64,000 bases of DNA from Octopus sinensis (Eukaryota). The stretch's first letter is position 1, and every line of letters begins with the position of its first letter. Positions 11,406 through 25,242 of this stretch are shown here, in pieces. Location: positions 30,628,001-30,692,000 of the forward strand of contig NC_043002.1 of assembly GCF_006345805.1 (NCBI RefSeq), read 5' to 3'. A program made the translations under genes and the position numbers. The notes under the pieces are model-generated. The model was not told the origin of the DNA. It did no database searches and was given only the letters and a program-made list of their open reading frames with translations.

Positions 11406-11709
11406 TATTTATGTGTATATGTACGTATGAATATCTTAAGTAAATATGTATTAAACATCATCATTTGCATTACATTCTTAGCCTTTATTTTTCTCTGAAA
11501 AGTATTCATATTAACTTATTTGCACTTTACAATTCATCCTTTAATCTGCATTACAGGTTCTCGCCATTCACAATGCAACCGGTATGGGAAGTTAGGTTTA
11601 ATAATGGTTATAACATATACACAGGCGCACGCTTACCTTTTATATTTATGCGTATGTCCATGTATATATGTATATACATATATATGTATATATAATGTTA
11701 TATATTATA

Positions 11710-11750
<41 letters not shown>

Positions 11751-12243
11751 ATATATATATATATATTTATTATATATATATATGCGTGTAAATAGATACA
11801 TACATAGTACAATACATTTGTATATATACATATGTATATATACAAATATGCAAACATATCAAAATAAGACAGGAAACGAAAGACACCTGTATTGACACAA
11901 ACTCAACAAATTCTGGTTAATTGTGAGAAAATATGAGTACAACAAGTGAAAAAATATGTAATAAAAATAGGAAAGAAAAGAGTAAAATAATCACTCAAAT
12001 ATATGCAGAAAACCTAGATACACAATAATGAAAAATGGAACTAATTATAATGTCTAGTTCATTGTTTTTCCTGTCTGTTTAGTGTTTTATCTGAAGACGA
12101 ATTAGTTATTTAGTAGTTTATATACATATATGTGTGTGTTCATGCATATGTTTGTACTTGTGTGTCAGTGTGCTCGTGCGCGTGTATGTGTATATATATA
12201 TATGTATGTGTGTATATATATATATAGTTAGATAGATAGATAG

Positions 12244-12287
<44 letters not shown>

Positions 12288-12532
12288 ACTTTGATACTTT
12301 GATAGGTTTCGTTTCGGCCATTATTGGCCCAGGCCATGTCTAACTTAATAGCACCACCTGGTGAAGTCTTTCAAGTCAGAATTTGGGCACTATGGCCCAC
12401 TATGAGATGGTAAACGTTTTTAAGTTTTATTCCTTTCGAGAATTTATCCTTAGTGGCTTGAGTTTTCTACTGCTCTTTCTAGCACAAGGATTTCGTATTT
12501 GGAAGCCTCTTAATGTGTCTTAATGTACATGA

Positions 12533-12577
<45 letters not shown>

Positions 12578-12624
12578 ATGTGTATATATGTATATGTGTG
12601 TATATATGTATATGTGTGTGTGTG

Positions 12625-12655
<31 letters not shown>

Positions 12656-13224
12656 TCACATATGTATACATGTATATACGTAAATGTATGTATAAATTAT
12701 GTTTGTATCTGTATGTTCATATGACAATATGTGTGTGTGTGTGTGTGTGTATATATCTATATCTATGTCTATCTACACACATACGTGACTGTTAGTAATC
12801 CTCAGAAGCACTTTATATTGACAGCCTTCTGTCTTGCCTTACTACATCTGCTGTGTCTGCAGGAAATGTTACGATGCACACATAGCAAATTGGTTGACAC
12901 AGTTGTTAGATATGCGATACAAACTGTGCTGCGATATTTAATTAGTTGATTTAACATACTGAATTAGAATTAATTTTTCTTTCGTGTTTGAGGTTGTAGT
13001 TGCTGCATAGCACCACTTCAGCTCCGTTTAACACTATGCTTTGAGATTTCGGGACGTATAACTAAGATATTGTCCAATGTTTTCTGTATTTTTTCTAAGA
13101 CAGTAATGTGAGATTCGTGGGCGATTTGGTAGTTAACTCTAGCAGATTGAGTGAATTGACTGATGCTCTGAAGTTACTCCAATCGACAGCTGCCAATATC
13201 TTTCTCCTACAAATGCACTAGTGA

Positions 13225-13535
13225 AGGTGTGTAGCTTAGTGATTAGAGTATTCGACTCAGTATCATAAGGTCGTGAGTTCAATTCCCGGCGACGCGTTGT
13301 GTCTTTAAACAAGACACTTCATTTCACGTTGCTCCAGTCCACTCAGCCAGCAAAAATGAGTAGTACCTGTATTTTAAACACCAGCCTCGTCACATTCTGT
13401 GTCACGCTGAATCCTACTGAGAACTTCGTTAAGGGTACACGTGCGTGTGGAGAGCTCGCCACATGCACGTTAATTTCACGAGCAGGCTGTTCCGTTGATC
13501 AGATCAACTGGAACCCTCGTCGTTATAACTGATGG
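13225..13535 (+). mobile_element. tRNA-derived SINE (family C)
   Basis: A-box-like tagcttagtgattaga, B box gagttcaattccc, then gtgtctttaaacaagacacttcatttcacgttgctccagtccactcagc. Confidence 0.82.
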
Positions 13536-14209
13536 AGTATACAAATGTACTTCTTTATGACTTCTAAACATAATTATTGAACCGCGATCGACTCAGTTAC
13601 AGGACCGGTAGAACGTCGCTCAGTATTATATTTAGTTGTATGTTTTATGATCTGTTTACAAATTTAGAAGTTCGTTGCGTTTTGTCTTTATCCTGTACTC
13701 ATATCGCTACAACTGTCGCTGTTAATTTCTTTGAACTTAAAAAATATTTTCATTCCGCAAATTGGAAGTACTATATCGATCGGAATACTGATATACAATA
13801 ACACGCTATAACTTATTTATAAGTGAAATCTCGTTTCAGCTTTAATGAAGACTTGATTGCAATGAAAAAAATATATTACTTTATGAATGAAATATTACAT
13901 GGGTGTATGAGATCAGGAGTTGGAAGTAGTCGGAAAGAAGGCATAATTTGCAATCCTAACTTCGTAGTATAAAATGGATTATTTTGTGACAGCGTTTTTT
14001 TTTTTTTTTGTATGCCTTCGATTGAGTATCACTGTTGACTCCTTTCAAGATATCAGAGACTAATAACAAGAAAGGATACGGTTATGCTCAGACCGAAGAA
14101 ATGAATTAAATATTTAGTTGAATGCGATCATCTGAAAGTCATCAACAGCCACGAAGTTGTTCTAAATTGGGCAATCGCTTCGATCTACCAGCCTCCATAA
14201 CAAGAACTG

Positions 14210-14345
14210 TTTCTTGAATTACTTCTACGCCGTTTCCTTCTACCAATTCCAATCACAACGTTTTGATCAAGCTGATGTTTTCGTTGACCAACATACTTGC
14301 TTAAGGCGCTGCTTAGTGAGGTCGAATCCAAAGCTGAGGTGTCCT
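14210..14345 (-). mobile_element. Degenerate SINE family A fragment
   Basis: ccttctaccaattccaatcacaacgttttgatcaagc...catacttgcttaaggcgctg resembles the reverse complement of the family A 5' half. Confidence 0.55.
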
Positions 14346-14844
14346 TCTTGAGCAATATGATAATGCATTAAAGAAATTTTGTAGAATAATAGAACGCATG
14401 AAAATTAGGTATAGTATTATAAAGGAGAGAAATAAAGAAATCAAGATTTGTCTTTAAAGTTGAGGATGTGCGTAGCTTATTCTCATAAATACCGAACAAT
14501 CCCACGGAAATTTATTAATGCTAAAGTATATCTACATTTTATGACCAATGCGTAGCGGAAGCGTGTTCTAGGAGTGTAAGAAATAAAAAAAAATCGTCAT
14601 ATATTAAAGAATTTAGTGTAAGTAGTATTGTCTGACAAGCACGCACATGCGCACACACGCGCACGCGCATACACACACACATAGCTGAGTGCGCGCAAGC
14701 ACGCAGGAGTTTGCAAACTTATATATATATTCACTTATACATACACATACGTATATATATATATATATAAATATATATATATATGTATAAATATGCATAC
14801 ACACACATACTTACACACAAACACACACACACACACATGCACAA

Positions 14845-14879
<35 letters not shown>

Positions 14880-16045
14880 AGCTGCCAATACTATCGGCAG
14901 AGGTAGAGTTATTGATCAGGCGAGTTTCATCACAATAACTTCGATGTTGTTTCAAGCACACATGTTGAGCAAGCATTTTTGGGTTAGCTTCGAGACGACA
15001 CGAAGCTTTGTACACTGTGCGATATTAGGCAAAGGAAACTGGCAAATTATTGTATAGTGTATGATACCCTCGCAAGCAAAAACTATGGGAAAGCCCGTTG
15101 GGTCCTCTAAGCTCTCGGATGCGAGAGCTAATCCAACATCCCTTTTCCTGCCCTAATTAAGGCATAGGGAATCCTCAACAAAGAATAATACACTAGTGCA
15201 AGTTTTCTCGCCAGATCAGCGATTTAAAGACAAAACACTTGACAGTTTGATAAAATGGATAATGATGCAGTATTTCTTGAAGTCCAGTTTCATATCCACC
15301 TCTAACTGGAGCTATATGGCATAGGTCTTGGAGTGTGATGTTTCTCTTATGATAATATATAAAAAAAAAACAGTTCAGGAATCAATAGAAAGTCATATGT
15401 GGTACAAATCATCACAGAATAATATAACAGAGTTTAGATAAATAAAATACTTCACGGTCGTGAAGCGATGGAAACCAACAGTAAGTATTTTTGGAATGTA
15501 AGAGTTTAACGGGAAAATGATGTCATTAACAGTAAGAGCAGTCTGAAAATACTACACGAGTGATAAAACTACTGGTCACTAACCGGTATTGAACTCACCA
15601 TTACATATTCTCAATATTCTACAAAGGTATAGAGGTCAACCTTCGCACGCATGTGTGTTCACTCGCCCACTTCGCCATCCCACGCACACAACGTCAAGCA
15701 ATGGGCTTCATATTTCATATCGATAAACTCATTACGTACATATGTAAACTATAAATCAATATTACTTTCCGCACAATATCTACCTATAATTCAGTTCTTC
15801 CTCTGCCTACATACGTATGTGTGTGTGTGTGTATGTGTGCTTGTACGTGTGTGCGTGCGCGTATGTGTGTGTTCATATATTATATACAATATATATATAT
15901 AGTATATATATATATATATATATATAGTATATTATATATATATATATAATATATATATATATATATAAAATATAAATATATATAGAATATATATTATATC
16001 TATATATATATATGTATATATAATATATATATATATATACGTATA

Positions 16046-16076
<31 letters not shown>

Positions 16077-16851
16077 TATATATATATAATATATATATAT
16101 ATATATAATATATATAATATATATATCTATATAATATAGAATATAATCTATATATAGATAATATACAATACATATACATATACATATATATACGTATATA
16201 TATATATATATTATATTATATATATTATATTATATATATTTCTGATACAATTACTTGTGCAGAAGGACTGCATGGGTGTTGTGTGTGTGTGTTGTGTGAG
16301 TATGTAAGCGTGTGTATATGTAGGTGTGTGAGTGTGTGTATTTTTATATATAAATGCTAATACGTATTTGTCAGTGATTCCTATATGATATAATATAATA
16401 TATATAATAAGGAAAATTAGGCAGAAACAGCAAATATAATGATAAATAATTTCCTATGCAAATACACTGCCTTGCAGGTCCTGTGTTTCTTGTGATATTT
16501 GTTTTCCCCCATAATTTCTTGACCTAAAAGCGGCTTGTACCATATTTCTTTGTGACCCTGCAACTATTGATTGACACGTGACATCTGTCTTTATCTCCCT
16601 GCCGGAAATCTATCTTTTCCACAGCAAATAATATCTGGTTCTTAGAGATTATCTTTAACTGTGATCTGACCGACAAAAAAAAAATTGATAGATAAAGGAG
16701 AATAACCAAAGTACACACCACACACGCATGGGTACACATACACACATATACACAAACAGCATGCGCACATACATATATGTAATATTTATATATTATATAG
16801 TTGTAGATAGATAGATCGATCGATAGATAGATAGATGGATACATAGATGGG

Positions 16852-16882
<31 letters not shown>

Positions 16883-16899
16883 ATAGATAAATAGATGGG

Positions 16900-16934
<35 letters not shown>

Positions 16935-17197
16935 GGGATAAAGGGATAGATAAAAAGTATGCAGTGTATCCACTGCATGCGTGAGTGAGTGCGTGGAAGA
17001 AAGAGGTGAGAGAGAAGAGGAAGCGAGGAGGCAAAAAAGAGAAAGGAAGAGAACAAATCGTAGGGGAGGGCATGGGAATGAAGGAAACAAGAGAGAAAGG
17101 GGAACGACAATAAGCGTATGGCTCCGTCTACATATATGTAAATGTGCTAATACATGTCTGCCCATATATATATATGTAGTATATATATATATAATTA

Positions 17198-17230
<33 letters not shown>

Positions 17231-17354
17231 AGTGTGTGTGTGTGTTAGTGTAAAGAGAGAGAGAGACAGAGAGAGCGCCAGACAGACAGACAAACATATA
17301 GACTGATTGATAGATATACATACACATGTAGACGTAATCCATATTCATTTAGAT

Positions 17355-17703
17355 CAGGGGTTCTCAACCATTTTTTATCATGGCCCCTTTTGATTACTAT
17401 TTTATTTCGTGGATCCCCATAGCCATTCGATGTTTAAGAGTTAGTTTTATAGAACTTTCTTTTAAAATTCCTATTTTGTTTTTCATTCATTAACTTATGA
17501 AGGTTGAACTATGTAACATATTAGAGAAAAAGGAACTTAGCTGTTTCTTGCAATGCATACCAATACATACATCTAAAGTAAAATTTTTTCAGAGGCCCTT
17601 AAAATTCTATTGTGGATCTCCAATTTACTATTTTGCTACATGGACCCCCAAAATCTTATATGGACCCCCAGGGACCATATAGACTCTGACTGAGAATCCA
17701 CTC
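17355..17703. mobile_element. hAT-type MITE
   Basis: Left TIR caggggttctcaacc and a decayed right TIR gactgagaatccactc. Internal repeated (a/g)tgga(c/t)ccc motifs. Flanks atttagat / gtct-gat are compatible with a decayed NTCTAGAN TSD. Confidence 0.6.
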
Positions 17704-18924
17704 GTCTGATATTTTAATGCATGTATATGTCTACATGTCTATGTATTCGTACAAATGCGTGCATATATATGCATGTATATGTGTTTGTGTATATGTATAC
17801 ACTTAGACATACACGCGTGCGCAATTATATATGAAAAAAATACAATATATATATTACTATCACTAATATTCCAGAATACAAATACTTAAAATTTAAAGCA
17901 AAACCTTAAAAAAAAATATTCTTTTGATATTTGCTGCTTGGGGCTCGTTATTGATTGTTATTGTATGCTAGCGATAGTGGTTTTGATGGTGGGGGTTTTG
18001 TTGGCGTCGATATTGTTATTGTTGTTGTTGCTGCTGGTGTCCTTGTTGGTGTTGTTGCTGGTGTTTGTGTTGCAGTGGAAGTCTGTCTTGTAGTATGTTT
18101 GTCTATGCCGGTGATAATGTATTGTGAGGCTGTGGTTGGTGTGGCTGTGGTGAAAGACGTGATACTGATGGTTATTCTAATGGTCAGTGTTTGTTGCTGA
18201 TAGTTGTGGAAAGATGGTGGTGGTGGTGATGGTAGTACTGGTGGTGGTAGTAGTGTTAGTAATATTGGTGATGGAGGTCCACTTTGCCTTTTATCCTGTC
18301 GGAGTCGATAAAATAAATACCAGTTCAGCACTGTGTTGATATAATTACTGGCTTTGTGCTAAAATTTGAGACCAATATTAGTGATGGATATAATTGTGGT
18401 ATTTGTGGTGTGGTTGTGGTGGTGGGTGATGTTGGTGGTGATGGTAGTGGTAGTGGGATTTTAGCCCTAGATCAACCATGTCGTAGTGTGATGTTGGTGG
18501 TGGTTGCAATGCTACTGATGATGGTCTCGTTAGCGTAGTAGAGTTTGAGGTGCTACTGGCGGTGACGGTGGTGGTAGTGATGGTGGAAGTGATGCTGGTT
18601 GTGATGGTCGTGGTGGGATTTTAGCCCAGATCAACCTTAACCATTAAGTCTTATATTAACGCAAGTAAATTACCCGAACTGCGTGTCATGTCCCTTAGCT
18701 CTATTTTTTTCCACTTGCGTTATGTTTTAGAACTAGTGAAGACCAATCTCCACACTACAAGTAGTGATAAAGCATGAAAGTGGGCAGTGTGACGTTCTGG
18801 ACAAATCTGTAGTTGTAAATGTTACTGGCCGAAATAGAGGCAGCAGGCAAGGTGGGCACGAACGGAATGTAATGCTTGCAGCTCGTCTGTATTTATTATT
18901 GTCAACATGTAAACAAAAGCATGA

Positions 18925-19125
18925 ATCGGTGAACTGGCAGAATCGTTAGCATGCCCAGTAAAATGCTAAACCGCTTTTGTCCGTCTTTGCGTTCTAAGTT
19001 CCAATTCCGCCGAGGTCGGCATTACCTTTCGTCCTTTCGGAGTCAATAAAATAACTACCAGTTGAGCACTGGGGTGGATGGAATCGACTTAGCCTCTCCC
19101 CCAAAATTGCCGGCATACTACCAAC
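18925..19125 (+). mobile_element. tRNA-derived SINE (family B)
   Basis: gaactggcagaatcgttagc head, aagttccaattccgccgaggtcg B-box region and cctttcgtcctttcggagtcaataaaataactaccag core. Homologous to 28285-28514. Confidence 0.8.
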
Positions 19126-19329
19126 ATTTGATTTCGATGAGTAACCACCGCATAATGTGTCAGATGAGTGATGTTTCTGACGCGTGTTTGTGTCTCTTAT
19201 GTTTGTCTGTGCAGAGCAAAGGAGTTAGTTCATCTTTAGATTGTTATTTTAGTTGTGTTGTACATATTGTAAATGTGTCAAGGTGTTTTGAAGTGGCTTT
19301 CCAAATACTAAAACGAAAGTTATTGTTGC

Positions 19330-20020
19330 AGAAGCAAACTGCATTCCGTGTCCAGTGGGTCTTTCATTTTTAGTACTTATATTTCACGGTCTGTCGTTGT
19401 GGTTTTTGTACAACCAGTTATGATGTGTAATGCACTGTTATTATCTTTTGCCGTTTATCGTGGTTTGTTGTTGGGGTATTGCAGATTAAATAGTACTGGA
19501 ATCATCTATGATACATATACCCTATTGTTTGTACTGCATGGTTGTCTCTAATTCCCTAATATTCTGTCTATGATTCTCTGTATTAGTGGATCTTTTTATT
19601 ATCTTTATTCTGTACTTTATGTTCGATGTGTATAGTGTGGAGCAATTGTATATAATTCCTAGTATCTTTGTGTGTCGTATGCTTGTCATGTTGCATGTGA
19701 TAGTTGGTTGTATTTGATGTTCTTTGGCGTTGCTGATCAGACAAAAGACAATGAATTTGGCTGAAGCTTAGTTTAAGTTTGATTTTGCAAAGCCAAGTTT
19801 CTAGCTGACCAATGTAAGGCTGGAGGAGTAGTGTAGCAGTCTCTGGAGAATGGTAGGAATCTGTGAATGAGAACTCATCAGTGTATGAAGTTACCTCTTC
19901 AGTTGCCCTTATGTACCGTGGAGGTGTTGGAAGATCATCATGGAGGCATAGATTTGACGAAGTGAGTGAGATGACGATCTATATGATACACCGTACAGGA
20001 ATCATTCCTGTACACTGCAT
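19330..20020 (-). mobile_element. I-group (I/Nimb/Ingi-like) LINE reverse-transcriptase remnant
   Basis: Minus-strand translation gives a degenerate GVPQGS region, then LHDDLPTPP...VTSYTDE (YADD equivalent) ...LQPYIGQLETWL..., and later NSALHIITGCTKTTTTD...VLKMKDPLD (thumb region). Multiple stops. Confidence 0.72.
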
Positions 20021-20571
20021 AACCTTACTGTTTCTCTTAAGCTATTTGCTAACCAAAATTTAGAGTTTTGTTTTCCATTTTTTAAAGTTGTATTAGGTTT
20101 GTTTTATGAATGGATAGCGAGGAAGGAAAAGGAAAGATAACTGGTGTCGATGGTTGTTAGAATGTCACGTGTGAAAGGATTTCCTTTCGTTGAAGTCGAT
20201 ATGTCGTTTCTGTGCTCGGTTTTTCAGTAGTGTGGTACTTAAATAAAACAGCCTCAATAAACACTGCAATTTGGAGAGTGAGTGAGTAAGTGTGTGTGTG
20301 TGCGTGTTTGTGTGTGTGAGCGAGAGAGAGAGAGAGAGAGAAGGGGGGGAAAGAGATGTAGGTAATGAGATCAAAATCAAAGTTTAAACTTTCTAGATGT
20401 CTGAGGTTGTCCAGAAGAGGGTGATGATGCCGTATAACATTATTTCACTTGGATTTTTGTTGGGTTCTAGAATTATAGTTTTCTTTGAGGCTGCTTCTGG
20501 TTTTTGTGAGATTGTGTATTTCTCACATCGTCTTCTCGGTTGTTTCCCAATTGCATTTATTATTATTATTA

Positions 20572-20612
<41 letters not shown>

Positions 20613-20854
20613 TATTATTATTATTATTATTTTGAAAATATGTGTTGCATCCTCTGTGGTTGGTGAATGTGGTGTTTTGGAATATTTGAAAGTTTGCATT
20701 CGGTGTCTTAGAAACATTCATTGCATTTCAAAGTTTGGACATTTCTAAACGGATTTTTGGTTTCTACAGTGATGTATGGGTGTTTATGCGTGTGTGTGTA
20801 TCTCTATGTGTGTACGTGTGTGTGCATGAGAGTGTGTGTCTGCTTGTGCGTATG

Positions 20855-21080
20855 ACCGCGTATTTGTCCCCCACCACTGCTTGACAATGGGTGCTTTTTT
20901 GTGTTTACGTTCCTGTAACTTAGTGGTTTCCCGAAGAGACAGAATATGTCTCAGACCTCAAAAGCAAATAAATAAATAAATAAATAAAAGTACAAAGATC
21001 GATTTGTCCGATCAAACCTTTCAGCGTTGTGCTCTAGTATGTTCCCACTCAAATGAGTGAAACACGCAAATGATAAAAGC
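20855..21080 (+). mobile_element. SINE family A 3' half
   Basis: cccccaccactgcttgacaatggg...gtttacgttcctgtaacttagtggtt...gatcgatttgtccgatc...caaatgagtgaaacacgcaaatgataaaag. Confidence 0.7.
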
Positions 21081-22393
21081 TTCACTTAAACTCACACTCA
21101 CACACACGTTCACTCACATAGGTTTACACTTAGATAACCATTACTCAGCTTTACTTTAAAGTCTCATTTATTTACCTCCACAGACATTCACAATGCATAT
21201 TCATTGCCATTGGTTGACACTTTTTCACATAATCCTTCACACACATATAGACGCACATTTACACACATTGATATACAATCGAACTCACAACATCACACAC
21301 ATTCACTTCCATCCACTTTCATCCCTTTACTAAGATTGTCTTACGCTCATACCTTTACTCAATTTAATTTTACAGTCACATGCATCTTAACACGCATTGA
21401 CGTAAATTCACGAGCATATTCACGCCTGTTGTTTGACGCTCTCTCACATCACCATAACGCGCACACATACACACACACCGTCACACATTCTCTCGAACAC
21501 TCACTCCTATCCATGACATTTTACACAATGTCCAACATGATGTTGTATACGACAAGAAATTTATTACCCTGTGGTAACATATTTCAGGAATATGAAATCA
21601 ATAAGGTATGTTGTCTAGGGTTGTATATACGTATTGGTTAACAGCGACAATAGATATATTGATAAACTTAACAGTTGTAAAACATGACTGCTTATAGACT
21701 GGCTTTTATGAAAACAGAGAGACCCATTTTTGTTTACACAGGCTTTACTATATTATACACCCTTTCTTTTCCAACTTTTTTAAAATCCCATTTTCATTTT
21801 TTATGCTAGCTTAGAATATTTTCTTGTTTTTACTGTTTAATTGATTATAGTTTAAACAATGAATTCGTCTTATATATTTATATCTTTATCTAACTATTTA
21901 TCTATCTATTTATTAATCTCTCTTCCTCTCTCAGTATATATACATATGTGTATATAATATAATATATGAATATATAATTTATGATACATAATATGTGTGT
22001 ATGTGTGTGTGTGTGTGTGTATGTATGTGTGTATGTATGTTGGAGAAAAAGATAACAAATAAAAAACAACAACGCGAGGACTTAGTACATGCAAAGTATT
22101 AATGAGACGCTCAGAGAAAGAAAGAGTGGTTGTTTTACGTTTCAAGCCTAGCTCTTCTCCGAAAACAGGAGACAAAGGAATGACCAAAAGAAAAAGAAGA
22201 CGGAGAGAAAAAAATCGTCAACAGTCCACGTGTAGTTTTATTTTTGAAATGACCGGAAGTAGATGGACAAAGAAAAAGTGCTTTCTGTGACAGGAGAGTG
22301 TGAAAATGGTTGGTATCGGTGTGCATGTGTGTGGTGGCATGTGTGTGTGTGATAGCGTATATGTATATTGCAACATAATAGCAATGACACACG

Positions 22394-23154
22394 ATGGTTG
22401 TGGAATTCCAATACCTAAAAGGAAAGTTTGGTGCAGAGAAAAGTGACGCAAAACTGAAAGCAGGCATTTTCATTAGACCCGAGATCAGAGAATTGATGTT
22501 TGATAGCAAAATTAGAGGTAAACTGAATCCAGTTGAGTTGACGGCACGGGATTCATTCGTGTTAGTTGTACAGAACTTTCTTGGAAACCACAGAGTTGAA
22601 AACTATGCTGATTTAAGAAATATGCTAACAGCGTATGAAAGAATGGGATACCGAATGTCCCTTAAAATGCACTTCTTGCATTCTCATCTCCAATGGTGAG
22701 AGGTTCTACCTGGACAATACCTGAGATCGAAACGTGGTATCAAGGCCGGTTCAATCCAGATATGATGGGTGACCACTGCTGGTTCCTACAACGGGAGACC
22801 AGTACTACGCATAAGCGCAAGAGCAAGTGCCTCAAACATTTCTGAGCTGAGCACATCAAAAATAAAACGAGTACTCCTTAACATAAATAGACTATATACC
22901 ATTATATTATAATACTATTTGCCTTGAACATAAATATACTATATACAATACTAATATACTATCATAATAATTATTTACCTTGAACTTAACTGGTCCCGAT
23001 ACTTTTATAGTATTAACATATAATTATGCGCATTACTCAAAATTCTGACGTGCTCAACAATTCTGAGTTCAGATTCGGAATCAGCGTACTTGATTTAGTT
23101 TAGTACAACACTATTTGTCTAGGTAGCAGAAAATACATTTTCTGTTGCCCAGCG
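22394..23154 (+). mobile_element. 3' part of a CMC/Chapaev3-like DNA transposon (transposase C-terminus plus right TIR)
   Basis: Translates to EFQYLKGKF...SDAKLKAGIFIRPEIRELM...VVQNFLGNHRVENY...RMSLKMHFLHSHL..GERF...WYQGRFNPDMMGDHCWFLQRE...KHF*. Ends in ttttctgttgcccagcg followed by TAA, compatible with a CAC-type TIR and TWA target. The superfamily assignment is from memory of the motif family. Confidence 0.7.
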
Positions 23155-24424
23155 TAATGTTTTCCATATTGGGCAAGCAACTGTACGATATTTTAAGTGG
23201 ACTTCTATTAAAAATCTTCCTGCATTTATGGTTGCTGGGAATTGCTTATCTAAAACACACAGAAATTCTTGCCTACCTTAGTTTTAACATTTAGGGAGAA
23301 AGTTGCGTGGCGAAAAGTATCATTTTCCCTAGGTCTACTTTTAAGTCTATTTTAGACGGCCAATGTATATTACTGAAACATGGACGCTGAAATCTCGAAG
23401 ATAATAAGGTCAGGATTGGAGGCGTTTATGTCAATAAAATAAGTGATCACAGAAATGCTAGAAAATATCATACGTATCAAACTCTTCAATAACATCGATC
23501 TACCTGCGTCCTTACTCTTAAGGTCGAATGTTTATGGTTAACTACTAGTATATTAATCGAGTAGGCAGGTCCTCACATCAGTGAGAATGTTCGGGGTGTT
23601 GTAAAGTAGTCGAGAAAAAGGCCTCGAGACCTTGTATTTCTTCCCTGGTGAATCCCGAAACGTACTAGCGTGCAGTACTCGAAGCTTTCAATTGGCAGCA
23701 AATGCACCAGCAGACTATTTGTAACTCTTTCTTAGTGGATTGCAGTTGTGATACGACAACTATTTCAAGGGTTTTTCTTGATGGTATCAGAGTGAGGAAG
23801 GATGAATTGTAGCGTCGCGCTTATCTAACTGATTTTTATGGATTGAATTTTAAAATTTTACATTTTGGTCTGTATAAAACATGAACTGAACTGTTTTACA
23901 TCTTAACTGCTTTACAACTGTAGACACATATACAGACACAAAACACACTTGCGTACTTACACACACACACACACACACACACAAACGCACACACACACAC
24001 ACAAACACACATACACATACTCATATGTACGCGGCTTGTTCTATGCTTCCATCATGGACAAATGAAACAATTTCAAATTGTGCGGAGGAGATTACATCAG
24101 GAAGCGAAGTATGCTTATATGGTTACAAATGGGGATATGCAGTGGTTTAAAGGCTAGAGTAAGTGAAGAACGATAACAAAACATTTTTATGCAGTTAACT
24201 ATTAATTTATGTAGTGGCGTTTACCAACGGAAGCCATTTTACATCTATATATTCATACTGAGAATTTGGAACTACTATAGTGCACAAACAGCGGCACTCT
24301 CTTGCTATTCTCTTGGTAGTACCCGTGACAAAGATATCGCATGATTAGAGGTATATGTTACTATTAGACTGACAGAAGCACAATTTATCCGAGCCGGATC
24401 ATATTTTATATATGCATACAACAC

Positions 24425-24523
<99 letters not shown>

Positions 24524-25242
24524 CATATATATATATTATATTATATATATATATATATATTATATATATTATATATATATATATATATAACATAACATAT
24601 ATACATATATGCGAGTGTACATGTGTGTGTGTGTATACATACATGGATACATATGTATGTATATATACGTATACACACACACACAAAACATAAGGGGAAA
24701 AGAATGAATAACTCAATAGCGTGGTTATTTATTAGCAGCGCAAAGCACATTACATAACACATTACATGACATTTCAAAAATTCGCATTGTTGCGTAACCA
24801 GTCCATTTTCTCAGGTGATAGCCAACCGTCCTTCGTCGAGATACAATCAATCTATGAGGATAAAGTTATTTATAAAGAAACTGAGTGAAGTAGGAATTTT
24901 GAAAATAGGCTGGAAATATTAAAGGTTGTAATCAATCAAACATCATGATTGCCAAAGCAAGTATTTTGATGTATACATATATATTAGAAGGCAAGTGGCC
25001 AAAGGCCCATGCATTTGTGAACATGAAATTTTCAGCTTATTTTGTACATCAAAAGATGGTTCTGTGATACTCTGTATATACAATATATATACATATATAC
25101 AAATATATATGCACACAAACACACAGACAAACACACACGCATATTCATATAAGTTATATATACATGTATATATATATGTGTGTGTATATATGTATATATA
25201 TGTATATATATATATATATACATATATAAATATACATATATA

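Noticed and set aside
16524-17348. 274-aa minus ORF
   Set aside because: It is built from (AT)n, (GA)n and (GATA)n repeats; open by chance.
17948-18640. Thr/Pro- or Val/Gly-rich ORFs
   Set aside because: This is a (GGT/GTT) low-complexity tract interrupted by a SINE fragment (18277-18340) and a short duplicated motif.
23646-23670. ctggtga-atccc-gaaacgta HHR-like string
   Set aside because: The core is mutated, stem II cannot form and there is no stem I.
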